Sequence record: LC680885.1
Length of the DNA stretch: 64,000 nucleotides
Reading direction: 5' to 3' (one strand)
Shown here piece by piece: positions 1 through 8,390 of this stretch. A program made the position numbers and the translations under genes. The notes under the pieces were generated by a model that had not been told where the DNA came from, made no database searches, and saw only the letters and a program-made list of their open reading frames with translations. Position 1 is the stretch's first letter, and each line of letters begins with the position of its first letter.

Positions 1-127
1 TTTTATAAGTATAATTATATAATTATTTCAATCATTGGTATGTTTATTTTTGAATTGAATAGAGAACATATTAAGTTAATATAGATTTTTAAATTAAAAA
101 TATTATAGAAAATATACAGAGATATAT

Positions 128-139
128 AACAACCTTTTA
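128..139 (+). promoter_or_regulatory. Putative late promoter AACA-N6-TA
   Basis: aacaacctttta 38 nt upstream of the 178 ORF; the same motif recurs before most late units. Confidence 0.55.
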
Positions 140-177
140 TTAAATATACAAAGAGAGCGAGGATTAAATGAGATATA

Positions 178-2721
178 ATGGCTATAGAATTTAATGATTT
201 TAATAGATTCAGTAAAGATGATTTAAGAAAATACAATCCTCTCTATTTTTATAAAGCATTTACTGAAGAAGATATAGAAAATTTAGATGATGTTATTAAA
301 TATTGTCAAGGTCTAATTATTAAAGATCAGTCAATGGCAGATAAATTAGAATCAAATGACTCAATGATGGAATCTGATTTATATATAAGAGCTAAAGATG
401 ATACGCTTGATGATTACTATTCAGTTTTCGATAGAGATAGTATATTAAGAACGTATAAAGAAAAAAATCCATACTATGGTAAATTAAGAAATTTATATGA
501 TATTGATCCATATGATTCAAGAACGACTAGCGATTTTCAAATAATAAAAGCACTTAATAAAACTTTAGATAATAAAGAAGAATCTATATTATTGGAAAGT
601 TATACAGAATCAGTTGAATATTTTAAAAAAGTAACTCATACTAGAGCGTTTAATAATCAAATATATTACAGAGAAATGTTTTATATGTATCTAATTAATG
701 CAACTCTACATAGATATATTAATAAAACTATGTATAGAATATTCGATGTTGATAGATATACAAGGAGAGATCTTAAAAATGCATTTATATCTAATGGTTT
801 GGATTACTTTGATGAGTTCCCACTTGAATATCAAAGAAGAACTTACAAAAGATTAAATGATTTAATTAGAAATAAAGGCACTAATGAAATATTTCCTATA
901 ATTGAAGAAATATTCTCTATTAATTCTATTGATATTAATAAATATTATCTAGCTAAGCATCCGAATGATTTGAAATTTTATAAAACTAATGTAAATGATA
1001 ATTTCAATCCTTATAAAAATAACCAATATAGCTACAATGAAATTGTCGATCTTGATCCATATTGGAGAAATACTAAAGAAGAAGTTATGGATAAAGCATT
1101 TAACGTTATACAAACTAAATATTTGTCTACTGATGCTGTTATAGATATAATTAATAACAGTAAATCTTTATCATTCTTATACAGTTTAATTAACTTAATG
1201 AAAGAAGATAAAAATATTATCGAAGATGACAGTTTCAATATGACTAATACAAGAATTAGTTCTAGAAAATTTAATGTCTTTGACGGAATTGTTACACTTA
1301 ATACACTTGTCATAAATTATATTAAATGGAATGATAACATTAAGAATGATAAAAATATGAATATATATGCGTATAATTTTAATTCAGATATAAAAGATAC
1401 TGTAGATGATATTCGTAATTATATTTATTCTAGACAATTTGATAAATCAGACTATACTGATTTTGCTAGAGAGTTAAATTTCCTTAATATTAAGAAATTT
1501 AAAAATAGAAATACATTAAGCTATGAAGATATCATAAATGAATATGAATCATCTGACTTAGCTCAAAGACAATTTAAATTCATCTCTGAAATGTTAACTG
1601 GTGAAAATGGATCAACTCAATTAGAATATTATATTGAAAATGATTTAATTATTGATGGTATGCGTTATTTATGGACTCAGATATCAAAACCAGAAAGAAA
1701 CTTCTTATTCAAAAATATTTCTTATTATGAAAACTTTATGAAGATATATAAGAAATTCTTAAATGTAATGGTAAGAGATGGAAGAATTGATAGAGAAGAT
1801 GTATATAAAATAATGATTGAAGACGAATCAATTGATAAAGAATTAAAAGATTTTGTTAAAATTATGAATGTTAGATTTTTAAATGAATCTTACGATAGAT
1901 ATAAAGACAATAAGAATGCTGAAAATATTGAAAATATAGTTACTGCAGTCAGAAAATCTATAGACTATTCAATTAAGAATAATCAATATACTTCTAAAAA
2001 ACAAATATCTAGATATCCTGCATTAAAATCATATATTTCAGATATATTAGTTTATGATGATTCTGATAAAGATTTAATAAATATTTATGATATTATTAAT
2101 ATGTATAAGCATAATGAAAAATTCCGTAAAGAACTAGAAGAATTAATATACAATGCGAATGATCCTCATTTAAGAGAAAAATTTATTACATTGCATAAAC
2201 AACTATTTATCAATAATTCTAGTAATGATGTATTTAATGGATTTAAGACCTATTCAGATTATCTTAAATTTAAGGAACCTGATTTGTATTATTATACTAT
2301 TGTAGAATCAGAAATATATGATGAAGATACATTTGATAGAGAAACTATCTTTAGAGAAAGAATTTTTGAATTAGTTAGTAGTATTGATAATCATTTAAAT
2401 TTAAAAGAACAGTATTTCACTAATAGTAATTTTGTAGGTATAGTTAATTTTATCAGAGATTATATTACTATTTTAATTACATTATTTAAATCTTATTCAA
2501 CTGATTTAATTTATACTAGTCTATTATTTAAATTAGATGATAAATTTGAAAATAGTATACATTTAATAGACGAAGTCAATGTTAAATATAGTGGAACTTC
2601 TAAAAAAGTAGATAAAATCAATACACTCGACAATAAAAATATCATTGATAAAATTAATAGAAAAGAAAGTATTGAGACTAAAGATGAATTAAAAATCTCA
2701 ATAATTAAGAAGGGAGATTAA
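178..2721 (+). CDS. Baseplate wedge protein (P2 gpI/T4 gp7-like)
   Basis: 847 aa ORF; LNDLIRNKGTNE matches the KGT motif of gpI/gp7-type wedge proteins; late promoter; structural context. Confidence 0.55.
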   Translation: MAIEFNDFNRFSKDDLRKYNPLYFYKAFTEEDIENLDDVIKYCQGLIIKDQSMADKLESNDSMMESDLYIRAKDDTLDDYYSVFDRDSILRTYKEKNPYYGKLRNLYDIDPYDSRTTSDFQIIKALNKTLDNKEESILLESYTESVEYFKKVTHTRAFNNQIYYREMFYMYLINATLHRYINKTMYRIFDVDRYTRRDLKNAFISNGLDYFDEFPLEYQRRTYKRLNDLIRNKGTNEIFPIIEEIFSINSIDINKYYLAKHPNDLKFYKTNVNDNFNPYKNNQYSYNEIVDLDPYWRNTKEEVMDKAFNVIQTKYLSTDAVIDIINNSKSLSFLYSLINLMKEDKNIIEDDSFNMTNTRISSRKFNVFDGIVTLNTLVINYIKWNDNIKNDKNMNIYAYNFNSDIKDTVDDIRNYIYSRQFDKSDYTDFARELNFLNIKKFKNRNTLSYEDIINEYESSDLAQRQFKFISEMLTGENGSTQLEYYIENDLIIDGMRYLWTQISKPERNFLFKNISYYENFMKIYKKFLNVMVRDGRIDREDVYKIMIEDESIDKELKDFVKIMNVRFLNESYDRYKDNKNAENIENIVTAVRKSIDYSIKNNQYTSKKQISRYPALKSYISDILVYDDSDKDLINIYDIINMYKHNEKFRKELEELIYNANDPHLREKFITLHKQLFINNSSNDVFNGFKTYSDYLKFKEPDLYYYTIVESEIYDEDTFDRETIFRERIFELVSSIDNHLNLKEQYFTNSNFVGIVNFIRDYITILITLFKSYSTDLIYTSLLFKLDDKFENSIHLIDEVNVKYSGTSKKVDKINTLDNKNIIDKINRKESIETKDELKISIIKKGD

Positions 2722-2726
2722 AAAGC

Positions 2727-3563
2727 TTGTTTAATTTTGATAGATTTTCAAGAAGACTTGTTGAAAGTAACGCTATGGAACAAGAAAAAATAGATGAGAT
2801 AAGCTCAAGAGTGGAAACAAGAGACTCTAACGCTATTAATATCAAATCAGATTTTAAAGAAGATATAGGAAATTATATTAAAGGTATTGTTAAATTTTCT
2901 AATCCTAGAACAGGTGAACTAATACATCAAGAAGAAAATTTAGTTTTAATGAGAACTCGTGTTTGGTTATTAGAAAAATTATTTGGTAAAGGTATACCTT
3001 CAAACTATAATGCAGATAGTACTCCTGATCGTACAATTTGTTTATTCTCGATTGGGTCAGGTGGAGCAGATGTTAACAATGCAGCTTTTTCTCCTTATAC
3101 AGTTAAGTATTCGGATCAAAAATTAAATAGACCAATTCCATTTGTAGTAGAAAATCCAGATAAAGAAAACTCTGATTTAACTGCAAATAATCCTAGTATG
3201 ATTGAAGAATTATCTGATGAACAGAGAAGAAAATATTATCTTCCTGAAGATAAACAAGATGGAACCACTAGTTTCTATGGTAAACGTTTTACTAATGCAA
3301 CTAAAGAAAATCCTCTTGGAGATTCAAAAGGATGGATTATTGATAATGAAGATGGTTCAGTAGCATTTTCATTAAAAATGTCAGTAGAACCAGATGAAGC
3401 TAGAGGTTCTATCGTAAATGAATTAGGTTTATGGTTAGCTAAATATAATGAAACTGAAAATAAATTTGATGGTACTGAATTAGCTACAAGACTTACATTT
3501 GATAGTCGTTCTTTAAAGAACTTATCAGATGGATTAGATATAGAATATATTATTTATATTTAA
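2727..3563 (+). CDS. Putative baseplate structural protein
   Basis: 278 aa, TTG start with AGGGAG RBS; EENLVL, LFSIGSGG and ELATRLTF segments resemble jumbo-phage baseplate/tail-fibre-base proteins. Confidence 0.45.
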   Translation: MFNFDRFSRRLVESNAMEQEKIDEISSRVETRDSNAINIKSDFKEDIGNYIKGIVKFSNPRTGELIHQEENLVLMRTRVWLLEKLFGKGIPSNYNADSTPDRTICLFSIGSGGADVNNAAFSPYTVKYSDQKLNRPIPFVVENPDKENSDLTANNPSMIEELSDEQRRKYYLPEDKQDGTTSFYGKRFTNATKENPLGDSKGWIIDNEDGSVAFSLKMSVEPDEARGSIVNELGLWLAKYNETENKFDGTELATRLTFDSRSLKNLSDGLDIEYIIYI

Positions 3564-3570
3564 TAAAATA

Positions 3571-3600
3571 ACCACAACGATAAATTAATATCGTTGTGGT
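3571..3600. terminator. Intrinsic terminator, probably bidirectional
   Basis: 12-bp inverted repeat accacaacgata/tatcgttgtggt between convergent genes; T-rich flank. Confidence 0.8.
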
Positions 3601-3604
3601 ATAT

Positions 3605-3823
3605 TTATTTTTTATCTTGTTCTTTTATCTCTTCTAATAGGATTTCATTAAAAGTAGATAACTTATCTATTACTTTTCTTTGATTTCTATTTTCTTTTTC
3701 TATCATATTAATTCTTATAGATATATCTTCCAAATTCTTAAGGATTAATTTAGTTCTTACAATTAATGGTAGACTTATTAATAAGAAATATATTAAGAGG
3801 CAAAGGATAACAAGCTGTATCAA
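3605..3823 (-). CDS. Small membrane-anchored coiled-coil protein
   Basis: 72 aa, TTG start with GGAGG RBS; one N-terminal hydrophobic helix followed by a charged coiled coil. Confidence 0.6.
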   Translation of the reverse strand: MIQLVILCLLIYFLLISLPLIVRTKLILKNLEDISIRINMIEKENRNQRKVIDKLSTFNEILLEEIKEQDKK

Positions 3824-3892
3824 TAGCGGTTTCCTCCAGTACTTACATTATAGAAAAAATTTTATAGAAAAGGGAGCGTTGATGAAAATACT

Positions 3893-4561
3893 ATGAATTA
3901 TAAAGAATCGTTTAAAGAATTTGACTTCAGCAGAGACTTTGAAGCTGTAGTCATAGATAACTCAGATTTTGATACAAAATATGAAGTTAAGCTATTTGTT
4001 TTTGAACTAATAATGACCACCTTGCAAGATTCCCCAAGAAATATCAAAAGAAATCTATATGCATCAAATATTATTAACATAGAAGATTTAGATATATCTG
4101 AGAATATTGATATTGGAAATTATTTAGTCTGTCAACCGTTGATGAATAATGATCTTGATAAACCTTTAAGAAAACCTGAATTATATGACAGAGTTTTACT
4201 TAAATTCCATAATGCAAATCCTAAATTCCCATATTATTACGATATGCATCTTCCAAGAAAATATAAACCTGAAGAACCTCATATTCCTAATAGAAGACAA
4301 ATCAAAGGGAACTATTATAGATTGCTTATGTATAGAGAAGAAAACATGACAGGAAATGACGTTAATGTAGTAGGAATAACATTAAACGGTCTAGGATATT
4401 CTGTCAATAAATATGATAGTAAAAACTATATATTCGATAGAACCATGTTAGAATCATTGTTACAATTCCAAAAAGATAATAACCTTAAACAAGATGGAGA
4501 CGTTGGACCAATTACATTTAACAAATTAATAGAAAAATACAATGCAATTAGTTATTGTTAG
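3893..4561 (+). CDS. Gp5/VgrG-type OB-fold protein with C-terminal peptidoglycan-binding domain (PG_binding_1)
   Basis: N-terminal FEAVVIDNSD...YDRVLLKFHNANPKFPYY is gp5 OB-fold-like; C-terminal GNDV...LGY...LLQFQKDNNLKQDGDVGPITFNKL is a classic PG_binding_1 signature. Confidence 0.65.
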   Translation: MNYKESFKEFDFSRDFEAVVIDNSDFDTKYEVKLFVFELIMTTLQDSPRNIKRNLYASNIINIEDLDISENIDIGNYLVCQPLMNNDLDKPLRKPELYDRVLLKFHNANPKFPYYYDMHLPRKYKPEEPHIPNRRQIKGNYYRLLMYREENMTGNDVNVVGITLNGLGYSVNKYDSKNYIFDRTMLESLLQFQKDNNLKQDGDVGPITFNKLIEKYNAISYC

Positions 4562-4578
4562 AAATGAGGAATTAAAAA

Positions 4579-5163
4579 ATGTATTATGAAATTAAACAAG
4601 ATAGACGAAGAAGAAGTAATACCTTTCAAACACATATAATAATTACTCATATGAATAATTTAATACTTAAAGAAAATAAATTTAGTGACAGAAATTTACT
4701 TAAAGGTTCTTATAAATATTCTTGGGGTAAAGTTCAGAATTATTTAATTAGACATGCTAATATTAGAGCATTACCTATGCATTATTATGTGGAATTAATA
4801 GATAAGGATTATGCTGTTATGGAAGGATTATCCGATTATAAACCTAGTTATTACCTTCAAGAATTAGCAGATAAAGGAATTATACCTCAGAAATATAAAA
4901 ATAGTATTTTAATAGCTGTGGCTGATGATTTTAATTTATATAATCCTGATGTGAGGATGTTTAAACATCTAGCAGATAAATTATTAGTGCCTTTATGTAA
5001 AAGACATCGATTAAGTTTTCATGAGATAAAATTATTAGATGAAATTTATAGAGATGACTATCTTGATCATCTTGATGAAAATCGTTTTGAAACTAAATCT
5101 ATGAATAGATTTGATAAACATAGATTAAAAAATCAATTTAATATTTATAATGTAATGAAATAA
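4579..5163 (+). CDS. Amidase_2/PGRP-fold protein, probably catalytically degenerate
   Basis: IIITH...PMHYYV...SILIAVADDF...LVPLCKRH...IKLLDEI follows the T7-lysozyme/amidase_2 layout but lacks the catalytic Tyr and the last His/Cys ligands. Confidence 0.5.
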   Translation: MYYEIKQDRRRRSNTFQTHIIITHMNNLILKENKFSDRNLLKGSYKYSWGKVQNYLIRHANIRALPMHYYVELIDKDYAVMEGLSDYKPSYYLQELADKGIIPQKYKNSILIAVADDFNLYNPDVRMFKHLADKLLVPLCKRHRLSFHEIKLLDEIYRDDYLDHLDENRFETKSMNRFDKHRLKNQFNIYNVMK

Positions 5164-5501
5164 AATTTATTTATATTTTGTTACTAACAATATAAATATA
5201 GAAATCTAAATTTCTATATTGTTTTACCTTTTGTTTTGTCTTATGTTTGTGCTCTGATTTCAAAGTCATTTTGCTCTTAACTTCGTATAGTATAAAACTT
5301 TGCTATTTATAATTTTTTTAGCTAAGTTAATAAAGCTTATAAGCTTTATTGGACAAACTGCCATGTCAAATTTATAAATAACTTACAATATATTAGCGTA
5401 TTAAGTTTTTATAATAAAAAAATTATTGCTTTCGCTTAATGATTAAATTTCTATTTTAATCTTTATTTATGATTTACTCCTTATATAAATAAAAAATAAA
5501 T

Positions 5502-5531
5502 CCCCAATACCATAGAAAAATGGTATTGGGG
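5502..5531 (-). terminator. Intrinsic terminator of the protease-neck operon
   Basis: ccccaatacca/tggtattgggg 11-bp stem followed by a T-run on the minus strand. Confidence 0.8.
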
Positions 5532-5538
5532 TATTTTA

Positions 5539-6252
5539 TTAACCGAAATATAATTTCTTTCTGTTACTATTAAATATAGAATAATTTTCCATCTTTTCTA
5601 CTAACTCTCTACGTTTATCTCTTGCTTCACGTAAATCATCCATATTAAGATTTAATTCTCCAAAAGTAGTTTGTAAGCTCTGGAATCTACTTCTCATAGC
5701 ATATAATGATATTTGAACATCATAAGAAGCTAATTCTAAGAAATAGTCATGCATATTATTTGGTACAGAACCAAAATGTTTATCATGATAAGTATTCAGA
5801 ACGATTAGTAAATTAACAGAACCAATTACAGCAGAACTTAATATTTCTATTTTATTAGGATGGTGATATCTAAAAGTAGATGGTGATAAATTAATTGCCA
5901 TTAAGTCAGACATCATTTGACTATCTATAGGATTTCCCATAGCGAATCCTGCATAAGGACTCATATTACCTGCATAACCTGTTAAATTAGTAATAGGATT
6001 ATTAGCACCAATTACTCTATTAATATTAACTATAGGATTCTCAGAATCTATATAGAACATATTTGTAGTTCCTTCTACTTTATCTTCCGGTTTTATAATT
6101 ACTCTTTCTTGTTTAGGATGAAATTTACTAAATGTAGGAATAGTGAATCTTTCTACTGTTTTAATAATTTCATCAGGTTTTAATTCTAAATCAGTGAACA
6201 TGAAACCTACGTCACGTTCAATATAGTTAAGTATTTCTGTATTGGTTAACAT
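5539..6252 (-). CDS. Neck/head-completion protein (T4 gp13-like)
   Basis: 237 aa; N-terminal ILNYIERDVG...ELKPDEI and C-terminal GELNLNMDDLREARDKRRELVEKM pattern; downstream of the prohead protease. Confidence 0.5.
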   Translation of the reverse strand: MLTNTEILNYIERDVGFMFTDLELKPDEIIKTVERFTIPTFSKFHPKQERVIIKPEDKVEGTTNMFYIDSENPIVNINRVIGANNPITNLTGYAGNMSPYAGFAMGNPIDSQMMSDLMAINLSPSTFRYHHPNKIEILSSAVIGSVNLLIVLNTYHDKHFGSVPNNMHDYFLELASYDVQISLYAMRSRFQSLQTTFGELNLNMDDLREARDKRRELVEKMENYSIFNSNRKKLYFG

Positions 6253-6276
6253 AACCTTTAATCACATCCATACATA

Positions 6277-8290
6277 TTATTTAAAGTTTCTATAGAAATC
6301 ATCAAGTCCATTAAGAACAGATTCTTCTAAGAAAACTTTGATAGTTTTATTACTTTCTCTAATTGAAGCTAATTGAGAACCTTTATCATAACTGATATTA
6401 GATTCATCAACTCCAGCAAATCCCATATCTTCTGCAATGTATTTCACATTATCTGAATTTTCTTTAATATAAGTTAAAACTTCTCTAGGAGAGAATTCAG
6501 TAATTTTACCATTAGCAAACATATCAATTGATTCATTTACCATTTGTAAATCATTAGGATTATAGTTATTATGACCTTCTGAAATAATATTTTGAATATA
6601 AGAATCTTGATGAGATGGAATTACTACCCAATCATAACAAATTAATCTTAAAGGCTTAGTAACTTCAACTTCACCAGAAGGTGTTCTATTAATTTTACTG
6701 AAACCACGCATTGAGAAAGATACGTCAGATTTTTGTCCAATTAATCCTTTCATATCTTTACCAGCTGCAGTTTGAGCTGTTTCTACTTCTCCCATTAATT
6801 TATTACCATTCCACCAAGTTCTAGTAACAATATGAGAAATATTGCGTTGATCAATATACATTTGACGTTTAGGTTCATCACTTAAGGGATGTCCTGATTC
6901 CATTATCTTCATATAAGTTCGTTAGACTTATACCGTCTTAAAAAGACTGCTCTATAATTTCTATAGAAGATGAGACCATATCAAAATCCTTTATAAGAAC
7001 AAAGGACCTCTCAAATTTCGATTTCACTTGAAATCTACTCCCTATAGGGATGGTCGTTGAACTATCCAATTAAAGTTAAATCTTTCTTTCTACAATTACA
7101 AATTTTTGTATTATGGAAGTCACACATATTGTATCTTTCATATTTTATGTCATTGAAGTTTCTTGTAGGTTTATAACAAATACAAAATTTGTATTGATTT
7201 TCTTTAGGTATTAAATAGAAATAGGGTCTAAGTAAATCTAAAAAATCTAGTATATCGTCAAATTTTTTCATACCAATATCTTTTATTTTTCCTTTTTCTC
7301 TCATGACTTTAAAATTTAAATTAAATTTTTCATTAACTTCTTTAACGAATTTTTCAATATCTTCATCTCTATATGAAGCTAAAGTTATTTTTAATCTTCT
7401 ACTTAAAGTTGGTTTTCTATTATTTGGTCTCTTTTGATAACCCACTGAAAGTGAGCCATCATCGATATACCAGTATAATAGAACTAAAGGATCAATAAAA
7501 TTTATTTCTGGTAATTTTCTAGAATTATCTTCATATCTTGATATTTCAATCATATTACGAATTAATTCTTTCTCTTTTGAGCTTATACTAAATCTTAAAG
7601 TATTAAAATGACCTTTTCTTATCTTATTAGTTTTGTAATGCTCACTAATAATATTGTATTTTCTATTTATATATTCTACTTCTTTTATGGACTCTTGAGT
7701 AAATCCTAGAGATGGATTAATATTATTTCCTCTCGGAGTTTCTATATGTCCATCACCAAGTAGACTTCCTAAAATAATAGAATTAACTTTTTCTTTTTCC
7801 ATATTAATCATTCCCTTAATTTTATAATTATTTGTTAAGGGTGTCCTAATTAATAGGTAAAAGAGGATAGCTGCTGATTATCCATTATTAACAGTACTTA
7901 GGACCTTATATTATTAAATGTATAAAAATAATAAAAGGCTTTTATTTCACCATATACCATCTTAACTATTGTTTCTACTTTTCAGTAACCATTAAGGTTA
8001 GTTAAGCTTTAGGAGTTCCCAGCAATTAAAGAGATTTCGACACTATATTACTATAGTGAAGGGCAAATTCTACCATAAAAAGTTCTTCTTGCTAATTTTT
8101 CTTGTATTACTGGACTATCTAAACCACTTTGAATAACATCTTTACGATAAACACGACCATTACGGTTTTGTCTATCCGCTTCTTGTAACTCAGCAATGAA
8201 TCTAACCGATTTATTATTATCTTGAACCACTTCTGGTTGAGAAGTTGTATTAGATTCATTAATAAGATAAGCTTTTATATCTTTAGACAT
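6277..8290 (-). CDS. Prohead core protease (T4 gp21-like), spliced: exon 1 8290-8072, exon 2 6900-6277, 280 aa
   Basis: Exon 1 LQEADRQNRNGRVY...TFYG joins in frame to ESGHP...SHIV...GEVE...FSMRG...YDWVVIPSH, restoring the gp21 GExxHP and SxRG catalytic motifs. Confidence 0.9.
7062..7811 (-). CDS. Intron-encoded LAGLIDADG homing endonuclease (likely start at ATG 7802)
   Basis: Two motifs IILGSLLGDGHI and LLYWYIDDGSL; lies in the P6 loop and its stop abuts the P7 strand; AAGGGA RBS fits ATG 7802. Confidence 0.88.
   Translation of the reverse strand: MINMEKEKVNSIILGSLLGDGHIETPRGNNINPSLGFTQESIKEVEYINRKYNIISEHYKTNKIRKGHFNTLRFSISSKEKELIRNMIEISRYEDNSRKLPEINFIDPLVLLYWYIDDGSLSVGYQKRPNNRKPTLSRRLKITLASYRDEDIEKFVKEVNEKFNLNFKVMREKGKIKDIGMKKFDDILDFLDLLRPYFYLIPKENQYKFCICYKPTRNFNDIKYERYNMCDFHNTKICNCRKKDLTLIG
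7825..7836 (-). promoter_or_regulatory. Intron-internal late promoter for the endonuclease, inside an RBS-sequestering hairpin (7813-7841)
   Basis: AACAaataatTA lies between arms CCCTTAA and TTAAGGG; the 3' arm contains the RBS. Confidence 0.65.
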
Positions 8291-8324
8291 TTATTTAACT
8301 TCCTTTCACATATTAAATTTAGAA

Positions 8325-8336
8325 TATTTAAATGTT
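8325..8336 (-). promoter_or_regulatory. Putative late promoter for the protease operon
   Basis: AACAtttaaaTA on the minus strand, 35 nt upstream of the protease start. Confidence 0.6.
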
Positions 8337-8350
8337 TGATAAGCAATTTT

Positions 8351-8362
8351 AACAATAGAATA
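8351..8362 (+). promoter_or_regulatory. Putative late promoter for the head operon
   Basis: AACAatagaaTA 28 nt upstream of ORF 8391. Confidence 0.6.
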
Positions 8363-8390
8363 TTAACCTTAATGAAAATATGAATAGGAT

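Larger units (their letters stand above)
6901..8071 (-). mobile_element. Group I intron (1171 nt) with homing endonuclease ORF
   Basis: 5' exon ends in U (TATGGT); terminal G at 6901; P2 CACTATA-GTAA-TATAGTG (8041-8058); AATTGCTGGGAA (8016-8027); AATCAGCAG (7871-7879); P7 GACCA/TGGTC (7051-7059, 6973-6982); removal restores the protease frame. Confidence 0.92.

Noticed and set aside
15-236. Short antisense or alternate-frame ORFs (15-236, 1032-1313, 3898-4080, 9464-9670, 9717-9953, 19154-19372, 19465-19650, 24488-24682, 26280-26489, 26716-26931)
   Set aside because: They overlap well-supported genes, lack RBSs, and have compositions typical of shadow frames in AT-rich DNA
3605-3823. Holin in a lysis cassette with the amidase-like gene
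   Set aside because: Single TM helix on the opposite strand, and the amidase looks inactive; no positive holin evidence
5170-5364. Two 32-codon minus-strand ORFs in the intergenic gap
   Set aside because: No Shine-Dalgarno; the AAGGAG near 5470 is not followed by a usable ORF
6277-6912. ORF-track 211 aa and 79 aa (8051-8290) ORFs as two separate genes
   Set aside because: They are exons of one protease interrupted by a group I intron; their extra terminal residues are intron-derived
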